Source of the DNA: a virus
Lineage: Duplodnaviria > Caudoviricetes
Length of the DNA: 29,293 nucleotides
IMG/VR virus record: IMGVR_UViG_3300032295_004364
Location: 1-29,293 of that record
Direction: 5' to 3' (one strand)
Within the stretch, counting starts at the first letter, position 1; every line of letters starts with the position of its first letter. Position numbers and translations under genes: made by a program. The notes under the pieces were generated by a model, which saw only the letters and a program-made list of their open reading frames with translations, had not been told where the DNA came from and searched no databases. Of the stretch, positions 17,376 to 26,675 are shown in pieces.

Positions 17376-20300
17376 ATGGCACAGAAAACAAACTTAAATG
17401 TAAGCCCTTATTTTGACGATTTTGACGCCGAAAAGAATTTTTATAAAGTTCTTTTTAATCCAGGAAAACCTGTACAAGCAAGAGAATTAAATAATATACA
17501 ATCAATTTTACAAAATCAAATTGAATCCTTTGGTAGCCATATATTTAAAGAAGGATCTGTTGTAATCCCTGGAAATTTAACTTATGATCCACAATTTAAT
17601 TCCGTCAAGTTAAATTTAACAAATTTTGGTGTAAATATTTCATTATATGCCAATCAATTTGTAGGTAAGAAGGTTACAGGTCAAATTTCTGGCGTAACTG
17701 GCGTTATTCAAAGAGTTGAAATACCAGATTCTTCCAATGATTTAGAATATATCACCTTATATGTAAAATATATTGATTCTGGAGAAAATTTTACAATCAC
17801 CCCATTCCAGGATGGGGAATCATTGTCCTCTAGTGAAAACATAACATATGGAAATACTACCATTGCATCCGGAAATCCAATTGCATCATTAATTTCCACT
17901 GAAGCAACTGCTGTTGGTTCTGCAGTTTCTATCGACAATGGAATCTATTTCGTAAGGGGAACTTTTGTAAGTGTTTCGAAACAAACAATCATTTTAGATT
18001 ATTACACAAATACCCCCTCATATAGAGTAGGTCTTAAAGTATCTGAAGAAATCACAACAGCAAAAGAAGATTCATCACTGTACGATAATGCAAAAGGATT
18101 CACAAATTATGCTGCACCTGGGGCGGATAGGTTTAAGATAGGATTATCATTAACTAAAAAAACAATTGATAGTGTTGGTACTGATATAGATTTTATTGAA
18201 CTTCTTAGACTAGATTCTGGGCAAGTTATCAAGCTAAACACAAACACTGAATATTCTCTGATTAAAGATTATTTGGCCCAAAGAACTTTTGATGAATCTG
18301 GAAATTATTCCATAAGTCCATTTAAAATTTCTTTACATGATTCATTAAATAATAGACTTGGTAATGACGGTTTATTCTTTAAAGATCAAAAAACTGAAAG
18401 TGGTAATACACCATCAGATAATTTATTATGCATTAAATTATCTCCAGGTAAAGCGTATGTTAGGGGATATGATATTGAAAAGATTTCCACTACTATATTA
18501 GATGTACCAAAACCTAGAGAAACTCAAAATGTAAGCAATGTTAGCATTCCATTTGAAATGGGAAATTTGCTAAGGATTAATAATATAACCGGATCGCCAA
18601 AACAAAATGAATCTGTAGAATTACATTCTGTCAGAAGAACTCTATCAGGAAATCCAATCTCCTCAACAAAAATTGGAGATGCGAGAATCTACAACTTCAG
18701 ATTGACAGATGCTGCATACTCATCAGCATCCACAAATTGGGATTTATATCTATACGATACCCAAACATATACAACTTTGATTTTAAATCAAGCATTATCT
18801 CAGATTGAATTACCATCTACTTCATTCGTCAAAGGAAAAAGTAGTGGTGCAAGTGGATATGCAGTTTCTGCTGGTGATGGGACGGCAACAATTAACTTAA
18901 GACAAACTTCAGGAACTTTTGTAAAGGGTGAGCAAATTATAATTAATGGTTTAGAATTATATTCAAGATCAATTGCCAATATTGCAGTATATGGTACAGA
19001 AGATATTAAGCAGGTTTATCAATCATCCGCAGTATCTGGATTTACCACCTCATTTATTGCAGATTCGGTTTTAATAAAACAAATTCCCACTGGATTTAAT
19101 CCTTTAGATACAATTAATATTTCTGCAGGTGGTCTTGTAACCTCACCTGGAAAGTTTTTTAATGGAATTAAACCTGGCAGTATTATCAGATATCAAACTT
19201 CATCCGGATCCGCAGAAAACTTTAATAGAGTCGCTAGCATCAATTCAACCGGTGACTCTATGACGGTTGTTGGTATTGCAACTGTAGCTGGTGTTTGTAA
19301 TGGTGCAATCAGTGCTTCATCCAATGTATCATTTAGTATCGGTTCCCCCACAATCAGAAATCTTGAAAAAGGATTTTTATATGCTGAAGTTCCAAATTCG
19401 AATCTTTCATCGATAAATTTAAATGATTCAATTTTAACTTTTAGTGCCCAATCAACGAGTGTAAAATCATCAAGCAGTTCAATTGTTTTATCAGTATCTG
19501 ATTTTTCATTGCCAACAGGTTTAACAACTGCGTTATTTCAGGGATTTGATGAAGAGCGTTACTCAGTCCATTACACTGACGGAACTACGCAATCATTAAC
19601 GGCAGATCAATTTTACTTATCTAATAATCAAGTCACGTTATCGAATCTAACATCAGGAAAAACTACATCATCAATTAATGCGACATTTATTAAAAATGGG
19701 GTACAAAGTAAAGAAAAGCAATATAATAGAAGTCAAACAATTAATGTAATTTATTCAAAATATCCAGAGTCTGGGACTGGAATTAGCACTTCTATTAATG
19801 ATGGTCTCGTATATAATCCATACTATGGACTAAGAGTGCAAGATGAAGAAATTTCACTTAATTATCCAGATGTTGCAAAAGTTTTGGCAGTTTACGAATC
19901 TTTAAATACTTCCATTCCTTCTCTAGATGCGATATCTTTTAGTACTATCTTAAATATTGGTGGAAATGCAATTATTGGAGAAAACATTATTGGATCTGAG
20001 AGTGGTTGTGTAGCTAGGGTCGTAACAAGATCTGCCAATAGCGTTGAAGTTGTCTTTTTAAACTCAAATAGATTCTTCACAAATGAAAATGTCACATTTG
20101 AAGAATCGAATATTACTGGAAAGATTGATTTCATTACTTTGGGAAATTATAATGATATCACCAATAGATTTAAATTAGATAAAGGTCAAAAAGAACAATA
20201 TTATGATTATTCAAGAATTGTAAGAAATGAAGGTGAAACAGAACCATCTAAAAGAATATTGATTGTTTTTGATTACTTCAGTGTTCCTGATACGGATAAT

Positions 20301-23300
20301 GGTGATGTATTTACAGTAATGAGTTATAAAAAAGAACAATTTGCGGATGATGTACCTTTAATTGGCACTAAAAATTTAAGGGCATCTGACACTCTTGATT
20401 TTAGACCTAGAGTATCGGTATTTTCAGGATTTAGTTCTTCACCATTTGATTTTTCAAATAGAAATTTTAGTTCTTCTATTAAGTTAAATTTGACACCCAA
20501 TGAAAATACAATTATTGGATATGATTATTATATTGGAAGAGTTGATAAAGTTTATCTCGATAAGAGTGGTGAGTTTGTTTATGTTCAAGGAACTTCGTCA
20601 ATAAATCCGAAATCCCCAATTAAAATTGATGATGTGATGGAGATTGCAACAATTAGTCTTCCACCATACTTATACAGTCCAAAAAATGCAACATTATCTT
20701 TAGTAGATAATAGAAGATATACAATGAGGGATATTGGTCTCATTGAGAATAGGGTTAAAAATCTTGAGAGAATAACTTCATTGTCTCTTTTAGAGTTAAA
20801 TACTCAGACATTGCAAGTTCAAGATTCTCAGGGATTTAGTAGATTTAAGACTGGATTTTTTGTAGATGATTTTAAAAATTATGATAGGGTAAATTTAAAT
20901 CTATCTCTTCTCGAAATAGATTCTGAGCTCCAAGAAATGAGACCAATTATTTCTAGAAATAGCCTTAAAAATTATCTTGCACCAGCACTTAATATATCAA
21001 ATGAAGAAATAGACTTATCCACCAATTACCCTTTAGTAGATTCTAATGTTCAAAAAACGGGAAGTACAGTTACACTCAAATATACTTCAGAAAAGTGGAT
21101 TGAACAACCTCTAGCAACACAAGTTGAAAACGTCAATCCTTTTCATGTAATTTCGTATAGAGGATCAATAAAATTATCACCAGATAGAGATAACTGGGTA
21201 AGAACGGTACAATTACCAAATAAAACCATATCTGTTACCGATTTTGTTTTAGTTGAAAGAGATAATACAATTCTTGCTGAAAGAACTGTTCAGGTTGATA
21301 ATGGGGCTGAAGCAAGTAGAACTGAAATTACTAACGAGTTTTCTCAAAATGTAACTGAAACTAGTAGTTCTTCTGTTAGAAGCAATAGTTCTACAAGATT
21401 AGTAGAATCTCGTGCAGAAGAGTATATGAGATCTAGAAATACTGAATTTTCTATTGTTAGTTTAAAACCATATACCAGATACTATCAATTTTTGGATGGA
21501 AATGGATCTGTAGATTTTATTCCAAAACTTATCGAAATTGCAAACAGTCAATCATTAGAAAATTATGGGGCCACATCCGCATTTACTGTAGGGGAAACTA
21601 TAATTGGATATGATAATCAAAATAATAAGATAATTACTTTTAGAGTAGCAACTCCATCTCATAAAATTGGTCCGTTTAATTCTCCAACTACCAAATTTAC
21701 AGCAAATCCATATTCCAGAACTGAATCAATCCCAGATGCCTACAGTGCTTCATCAAAAGTTTTAAATATCGATACATATTCAATATCTGAAGAAGCACAA
21801 GGACTTTATTCTGGGTATTTGGTAAAAGGTGCAAAACTAGTTGGTCAGACAAGTGGTGCTGTAGCATATGTCAAAGATCTTAGATTAATATCAGATAATT
21901 ATGGCGACTTAATTGGTTCTTTCTTTATCAGAGATCCAAATACCAATCCACCACCAGACGTAAGAATTAACACAGGCACTAAGACATATACAGTCACATC
22001 CAGTCCAACAAACGATGTTGCTGTTGCGGGAAGTACTACAATTTCCGGTGCCGGAACAAACTATATTTCAGATGGAACTCTAGAATTATATGAAACAACA
22101 ATTACAAATACGACAACAGTAACCAATACTCGTCTAACTACTACAACTGTAACAAGAGTAACAACAAACTTCGAGCAAACACAGTTTCCTCAACAGAATA
22201 GAGGTGGAGGAAAAGATCCTCTTGCTCAAACTTTTGTAGTTGATCAAGATGGGGCATTCTTAACTGAAGTTGATTTGTATTTTTATAAAAAAGATAGTGG
22301 AAATAATCCAATCACAGTTCAGATAAGAACCGTCGAATTGGGAACACCTACAACAACCGTAGTTGGAAACTCCGTTACTTTGAGACCAGACCAAATTCAA
22401 ACTTCAGAAGATGCAACTATAGCAACAAAGGCAGTATTTGACTACCCAATTTATCTTTCTCCAGGCATAGAATATGCTATTGTATTGTTAGCTCCAGAAA
22501 GCATTGAATATGAAGTTTTCATTGCAGAAATGGGCAAAAAAACAATTCAATCAAAAAATCTTCCAGATTCTGAAACAGTTGTGCATACGCAACTATGTGG
22601 TATGGGAAGTTTGTTTAAATCGCAAAATGGATCCATTTGGACTGCAAATCAATATCAAGATATGAAGTTTACTTTATATCGAGCAAACTTTGTTACCAAC
22701 ACTCCATCTACTGTATTTTTCTACAATCCAACATTAAATCAAAGTAATGGATATATTTCAAATCTTCAAAATAATCCACTTACAGTTTTTCCAAGAAAAT
22801 TAAAAATTGGAATTACGACAGTAACAAATACCAATATGATTGGTATTTTAACCACTGGCAGAAAAATTAGCGAATCTACTAAAACTTATAATTATGGATA
22901 TATTGTCGGAACTGGATGTTCAGTTTCTTCTGTTGGAGTTACAACATCTGGATCAAATTATGTATCAGATAGTAATGTTTCGACTTACAATATCATTGGA
23001 AATGGTTCTGGTCTTACGTTGAATATAACTACCTTATCCGGAATAATTACTGCCGCATCAGTTGTAAATCCTGGTAATGGGTATGCAGTTGGTGATGTTG
23101 TTGGTATTGTGACATCTTCGGTTTCGAGTAATAGTGGTAGAGATGCTACGATTACAATTACTGGAAACAACGGTGGTATTGATACATTATATCTAAGTAA
23201 CGTACAGGGAAACTCATTTACTTCAAATGGAACTGCAAATTTAGTTTATTTTGATTCTTCTAATAATTCAATTTCTCTAGGAACTACATATATCACTAGT

Positions 23301-24671
23301 TCTGCTTCAGTTGGATCAATTTATGATGGAAATTTTGTAAAAGTAAACCATTTCAATCATGGAATGTATGCTACGAATAATAAAGTTGAGATTAGTGGAG
23401 TTGCCCCAAATACATCATCGACAACTTTATCACAATCTGTAACGGATTCTTCTACATCAATTCCAGTTGTAAGTACTTCAAATTTTGCAACATTTGAGGG
23501 CAAACCTGTAAATGGAACCAATCCAGGTTATGCAATTATTGAAAATGAAATTATTAAATATGAAAGCATTGGATCTGGAACGTTAGAGACTATAACACGA
23601 GGGCAGTATTCGACACTTGCTATACCACATTCAACTAATGTTCCAGTATATAAATATGAGTTTAATGGTATATCGCTCGCAAGAATTAATACCATTCATG
23701 ATATTAGTGATGTTGGGTTAGATATTGATAACTATTATATAGAAATTAATAGATCTTCTAACGGGGTTAATAGAAGTAACGATAATACTCCCACAGGATA
23801 TCCCCAGTTGTCATTCTCATCAGAAATAACTTCTGGAGGATCTAAAGTTTTTGCATCTGAAAACATTCAATATGATGGAATAATTCCATTCTATGATATT
23901 ACATCACCCACTTCAGCAACTTCATTGTCTGCAAAAATTAGATCAGTTAGTGGCACTAGTATCAGTGGAAATGAAATTTCATTCCAAGATTTTGGATATG
24001 AAGATATTCAAATAAATTCTCTAAACACACTTTCCTCAACCAGAATTGTAGCATCTAAGATAAACGAGGATACATTTTTAACCGGGTTGCCAAGAAATAA
24101 GTCATTTACTACAGCAATTACTTTATTAACAAGCAATAAGTATGTTTCTCCACAAATATTCTTAGATACATCATTTACTGATTTTCACAGCAATAGAATT
24201 AATTCTCCAATATCAAATTACCAACAAGATGGCAGAGTTAATTCTATTCTTAATGATCCACATGCTGCAGTGTATATCTCAAATACAATAAAATTATCTC
24301 AACCAGCAACTTCACTCAAAGTGATTCTTTCCGCATATAGACATTTTTCTGCAGATTTTAGGGTTCTATATAGTTTGATACGAGCAGATTCTAGTGAGGT
24401 TGAACAATCTTTTGAATTATTTCCGGGATATGATAATTTAACAGTTGATAATAATAATGATGGGTATCCAGACGTTATTGATCCTGCTAATAATAGTGGT
24501 CTCCCTGATATTTTTGTCCCCCCAAGTAACCAAAATCAATTTTTAGAATATGAGTTTTCTGCAAATAATCTCGAACAATTTAGTGGATTTACAATTAAAA
24601 TTGTAATGTCGTCTACAAACCAAGCGTATCCACCAAGATTTAAAGATTTAAGGAGTATTGCAATCAGATGA
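17376..24671 (+). CDS. vrlC: VrlC-like (DUF4815-type) large virion/baseplate structural protein
   Basis: Motifs NLNVSPYFDDF, QARELNNIQSILQNQ, APGADR, RTFDESGNY, RRYTMRDIG, FKTGFFVDDF, DPLAQTF, GSLFKSQN and the C-terminal PRFKDLRSIA. Follows gp8 as in cyanomyoviruses. Confidence 0.85.
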   Translation: MAQKTNLNVSPYFDDFDAEKNFYKVLFNPGKPVQARELNNIQSILQNQIESFGSHIFKEGSVVIPGNLTYDPQFNSVKLNLTNFGVNISLYANQFVGKKVTGQISGVTGVIQRVEIPDSSNDLEYITLYVKYIDSGENFTITPFQDGESLSSSENITYGNTTIASGNPIASLISTEATAVGSAVSIDNGIYFVRGTFVSVSKQTIILDYYTNTPSYRVGLKVSEEITTAKEDSSLYDNAKGFTNYAAPGADRFKIGLSLTKKTIDSVGTDIDFIELLRLDSGQVIKLNTNTEYSLIKDYLAQRTFDESGNYSISPFKISLHDSLNNRLGNDGLFFKDQKTESGNTPSDNLLCIKLSPGKAYVRGYDIEKISTTILDVPKPRETQNVSNVSIPFEMGNLLRINNITGSPKQNESVELHSVRRTLSGNPISSTKIGDARIYNFRLTDAAYSSASTNWDLYLYDTQTYTTLILNQALSQIELPSTSFVKGKSSGASGYAVSAGDGTATINLRQTSGTFVKGEQIIINGLELYSRSIANIAVYGTEDIKQVYQSSAVSGFTTSFIADSVLIKQIPTGFNPLDTINISAGGLVTSPGKFFNGIKPGSIIRYQTSSGSAENFNRVASINSTGDSMTVVGIATVAGVCNGAISASSNVSFSIGSPTIRNLEKGFLYAEVPNSNLSSINLNDSILTFSAQSTSVKSSSSSIVLSVSDFSLPTGLTTALFQGFDEERYSVHYTDGTTQSLTADQFYLSNNQVTLSNLTSGKTTSSINATFIKNGVQSKEKQYNRSQTINVIYSKYPESGTGISTSINDGLVYNPYYGLRVQDEEISLNYPDVAKVLAVYESLNTSIPSLDAISFSTILNIGGNAIIGENIIGSESGCVARVVTRSANSVEVVFLNSNRFFTNENVTFEESNITGKIDFITLGNYNDITNRFKLDKGQKEQYYDYSRIVRNEGETEPSKRILIVFDYFSVPDTDNGDVFTVMSYKKEQFADDVPLIGTKNLRASDTLDFRPRVSVFSGFSSSPFDFSNRNFSSSIKLNLTPNENTIIGYDYYIGRVDKVYLDKSGEFVYVQGTSSINPKSPIKIDDVMEIATISLPPYLYSPKNATLSLVDNRRYTMRDIGLIENRVKNLERITSLSLLELNTQTLQVQDSQGFSRFKTGFFVDDFKNYDRVNLNLSLLEIDSELQEMRPIISRNSLKNYLAPALNISNEEIDLSTNYPLVDSNVQKTGSTVTLKYTSEKWIEQPLATQVENVNPFHVISYRGSIKLSPDRDNWVRTVQLPNKTISVTDFVLVERDNTILAERTVQVDNGAEASRTEITNEFSQNVTETSSSSVRSNSSTRLVESRAEEYMRSRNTEFSIVSLKPYTRYYQFLDGNGSVDFIPKLIEIANSQSLENYGATSAFTVGETIIGYDNQNNKIITFRVATPSHKIGPFNSPTTKFTANPYSRTESIPDAYSASSKVLNIDTYSISEEAQGLYSGYLVKGAKLVGQTSGAVAYVKDLRLISDNYGDLIGSFFIRDPNTNPPPDVRINTGTKTYTVTSSPTNDVAVAGSTTISGAGTNYISDGTLELYETTITNTTTVTNTRLTTTTVTRVTTNFEQTQFPQQNRGGGKDPLAQTFVVDQDGAFLTEVDLYFYKKDSGNNPITVQIRTVELGTPTTTVVGNSVTLRPDQIQTSEDATIATKAVFDYPIYLSPGIEYAIVLLAPESIEYEVFIAEMGKKTIQSKNLPDSETVVHTQLCGMGSLFKSQNGSIWTANQYQDMKFTLYRANFVTNTPSTVFFYNPTLNQSNGYISNLQNNPLTVFPRKLKIGITTVTNTNMIGILTTGRKISESTKTYNYGYIVGTGCSVSSVGVTTSGSNYVSDSNVSTYNIIGNGSGLTLNITTLSGIITAASVVNPGNGYAVGDVVGIVTSSVSSNSGRDATITITGNNGGIDTLYLSNVQGNSFTSNGTANLVYFDSSNNSISLGTTYITSSASVGSIYDGNFVKVNHFNHGMYATNNKVEISGVAPNTSSTTLSQSVTDSSTSIPVVSTSNFATFEGKPVNGTNPGYAIIENEIIKYESIGSGTLETITRGQYSTLAIPHSTNVPVYKYEFNGISLARINTIHDISDVGLDIDNYYIEINRSSNGVNRSNDNTPTGYPQLSFSSEITSGGSKVFASENIQYDGIIPFYDITSPTSATSLSAKIRSVSGTSISGNEISFQDFGYEDIQINSLNTLSSTRIVASKINEDTFLTGLPRNKSFTTAITLLTSNKYVSPQIFLDTSFTDFHSNRINSPISNYQQDGRVNSILNDPHAAVYISNTIKLSQPATSLKVILSAYRHFSADFRVLYSLIRADSSEVEQSFELFPGYDNLTVDNNNDGYPDVIDPANNSGLPDIFVPPSNQNQFLEYEFSANNLEQFSGFTIKIVMSSTNQAYPPRFKDLRSIAIR

Positions 24672-24871
24672 TGATACCGGTTAAGGGGCATCCAAACTTA
24701 TATCGAGATGAAAAATCTGGTGCAATCGTAAATTGTGATAGTATTGCATATAATCAATATGTAAATAGTTTAAACAATAGGGAGTCTCAAAAAAATGAAT
24801 TGAATAAAATTAAACAAGATATAGATGAAATCAAATCTTTACTGAAGGAGATAGTTAATGGATCCAAATGA
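24668..24871 (+). CDS. Small hypothetical protein with C-terminal coiled coil
   Basis: ATGA overlap with the vrlC stop. Contains GHPNLYRD...GAIVN and the heptad pattern LNKIKQDIDEIKSLLKEIV. Confidence 0.8.
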   Translation: MMIPVKGHPNLYRDEKSGAIVNCDSIAYNQYVNSLNNRESQKNELNKIKQDIDEIKSLLKEIVNGSK

Positions 24872-25037
24872 AATTACACTCGATAGCGTTGATAAATTAT
24901 TTGAATATGAAAAGCATTCAAGATTTATTGATGAAATGGATTATGAGCAACTTAAAAAATTTTCAAAATTGTATTGCAAATTATACCTTAAACAACAAGA
25001 GGCAATTAGTTCACTTGATATCTTTAAATATAAATAG
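24858..25037 (+). CDS. 59-aa helical protein, NblA-like (candidate phycobilisome degradation adaptor); not in the ORF track
   Basis: ATG at 24858 with SD AAGGAG at 24845-24850, TAG at 25035-25037. Translation MDPNEITLDSVDKLFEYEKHSRFIDEMDYEQLKKFSKLYCKLYLKQQEAISSLDIFKYK. It fills an otherwise empty gap. The ORF is well supported; the NblA call is an inference. Confidence 0.7.
   Translation: MDPNEITLDSVDKLFEYEKHSRFIDEMDYEQLKKFSKLYCKLYLKQQEAISSLDIFKYK
25029..25036 (+). promoter_or_regulatory. T4-type late promoter TATAAATA
   Basis: Exact consensus overlapping the end of the 59-aa ORF, 22 nt before the ATG at 25059. Confidence 0.8.
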
Positions 25038-25058
25038 AAAGTAGAGTTAAAAAAATAG

Positions 25059-25400
25059 ATGGCTGCAGTATATGTCAATAATCTTATAATTAATACTGGT
25101 TCCGATTTTACTCAAATTTTTACATTGGAAGATAGTTCCGGTTCTTTATTTGATTTAACTGGATATGCTGCAGATTCTCAAATGAGAAAGTGGTCTGGAA
25201 GTTCTTCTGCAGTAACTTTTACTGCTTCAATTCTCATTCCCAGCACTTCAGGGCAAATCATGCTATCTTTAACTTCTGAACAAACATCTATTATAAAACC
25301 AGGAAGATATATTTATGATGTTTTAATTATTGATGAGTTTAATATAAAAAATAAGGTTATTGAGGGTATGGTTCTTGTAACAGAGGGAGTTACTCGATAA
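25059..25400 (+). CDS. Small beta-sandwich virion structural protein (BppU N-terminal-like adaptor)
   Basis: Pattern NLIINTGSDF, DLTGY...QMRK, GQIMLSLT..QT and GRYIYDV...VIEG.V.V..GVT, typical of small phage fibre/baseplate adaptor proteins. Sits behind a late promoter. Confidence 0.65.
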   Translation: MAAVYVNNLIINTGSDFTQIFTLEDSSGSLFDLTGYAADSQMRKWSGSSSAVTFTASILIPSTSGQIMLSLTSEQTSIIKPGRYIYDVLIIDEFNIKNKVIEGMVLVTEGVTR

Positions 25401-25831
25401 TGTCATATATTAACGATAGAGTTGGGCAGCAAAATGCAGTAAGAGTAATCACTAGCATTTCTGGTTCTGCAGGAGGTCGAGCCGTAGTTGCACAAAATGT
25501 AATAGGTGGAATTGCATCAGTAAGTCAATTAAATGTTACTGGACTATCAACTTTTGTTGGAGTCACTTCTTTTAAAAATGATGTTTATGTTGATGGCGAT
25601 TTTGTAATAACAGGAAATTCTAGAATTGGAATTTCAACTTTTGGTGGTATATATGTAGAAAATCCAAGTCCCGAATCCATATACGGAATATCATATTTGG
25701 GACCTACAGGATCCCTTTCCATAACAGCAGGTGCTGCATCAAGTTCTATTAATTATAGTAATTATATACTGACAACTGATTATGATAATGTTCCTAAATG
25801 GACAAGCATTATAGATGGAGGTAGTTACTAA
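25400..25831 (+). CDS. Short tail-fibre-like structural protein (143 aa)
   Basis: TAATG-coupled on both sides. Fibre-type strings GGIASVSQLNVTGLSTFVG and GISTF; C-terminal WTSIIDGGSY. Confidence 0.6.
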   Translation: MSYINDRVGQQNAVRVITSISGSAGGRAVVAQNVIGGIASVSQLNVTGLSTFVGVTSFKNDVYVDGDFVITGNSRIGISTFGGIYVENPSPESIYGISYLGPTGSLSITAGAASSSINYSNYILTTDYDNVPKWTSIIDGGSY

Positions 25832-26673
25832 TGGCAAAACCAGCAAGTAGGCAACAATTAATTGATTATTGTTTGAGAAGATTGGGAGCTCCTGTTTTAG
25901 AAATTAATGTTGATGATGATCAAATAGATGATTTAGTTGATGATGCCTTACAGTATTTTAATGAGAGGCATTTTGATGGTGTTGAAAGAATGTACCTCAA
26001 ATATAAAATAACCCAAGAAGATTTAAATAGGGGGCAAGCAGATCCTAAAGTCGGTGCTGGTATTGTAACTACAACAGGATCATCCAATATTAGTGGTGTT
26101 GGAACTACCACTTTTAATTTTTATGAAAACTCAAATTTTATACAAGTCCCAGATTCTGTAATAGGTATTGAAAAAGTTTTTAAATTTGATACTAGTACTA
26201 TCTCTTCTGGAATGTTTAGCATTAAGTATCAATTATTTTTAAACGATTTATATTATTTCAATTCTGTTGAACTTCTACAATATGCGATGGTTAAAACCTA
26301 CTTAGAGGATATTGACTTTTTACTTACTCCAGATAAACAAATACGTTATAATAAGAGACAGAATAGATTATATTTAGATATAGATTGGACTGCAAAAGCA
26401 AAAGATAATTATATTATTATTGACTGCTATAGAATTTTAAATCCTAATGAGTTTACAAAAGTTTATAATGATAGTTTTTTGAAGAGATACTTAACTGCCC
26501 TAATAAAAAGACAATGGGGTCAGAATCTAATTAAATTCAGAGGAGTCAAACTTCCTGGTGGAATCGAATTAAATGGCAGAGAAATTTATGAAGATGCTGA
26601 AAAAGAAATATCAGATATAATGCAAAGGATGTCTATGGATTATGAACTTCCACCTTACGATTTTATTGGGTAA
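25831..26673 (+). CDS. gp13: Neck protein gp13
   Basis: Motifs YCLRRLGAPVLEINV, HFDGVE, KRQWGQNLIKF and LPGGIELNG. Confidence 0.95.
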   Translation: MAKPASRQQLIDYCLRRLGAPVLEINVDDDQIDDLVDDALQYFNERHFDGVERMYLKYKITQEDLNRGQADPKVGAGIVTTTGSSNISGVGTTTFNFYENSNFIQVPDSVIGIEKVFKFDTSTISSGMFSIKYQLFLNDLYYFNSVELLQYAMVKTYLEDIDFLLTPDKQIRYNKRQNRLYLDIDWTAKAKDNYIIIDCYRILNPNEFTKVYNDSFLKRYLTALIKRQWGQNLIKFRGVKLPGGIELNGREIYEDAEKEISDIMQRMSMDYELPPYDFIG

Positions 26674-26675
26674 TA

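Noticed and set aside
620-24854. Identical 10-mer AAGGAGATAG at 620-629 and 24845-24854
   Set aside because: It is short and SD-derived, and the second copy has no CTCCTT partner, so chance is the likely explanation.
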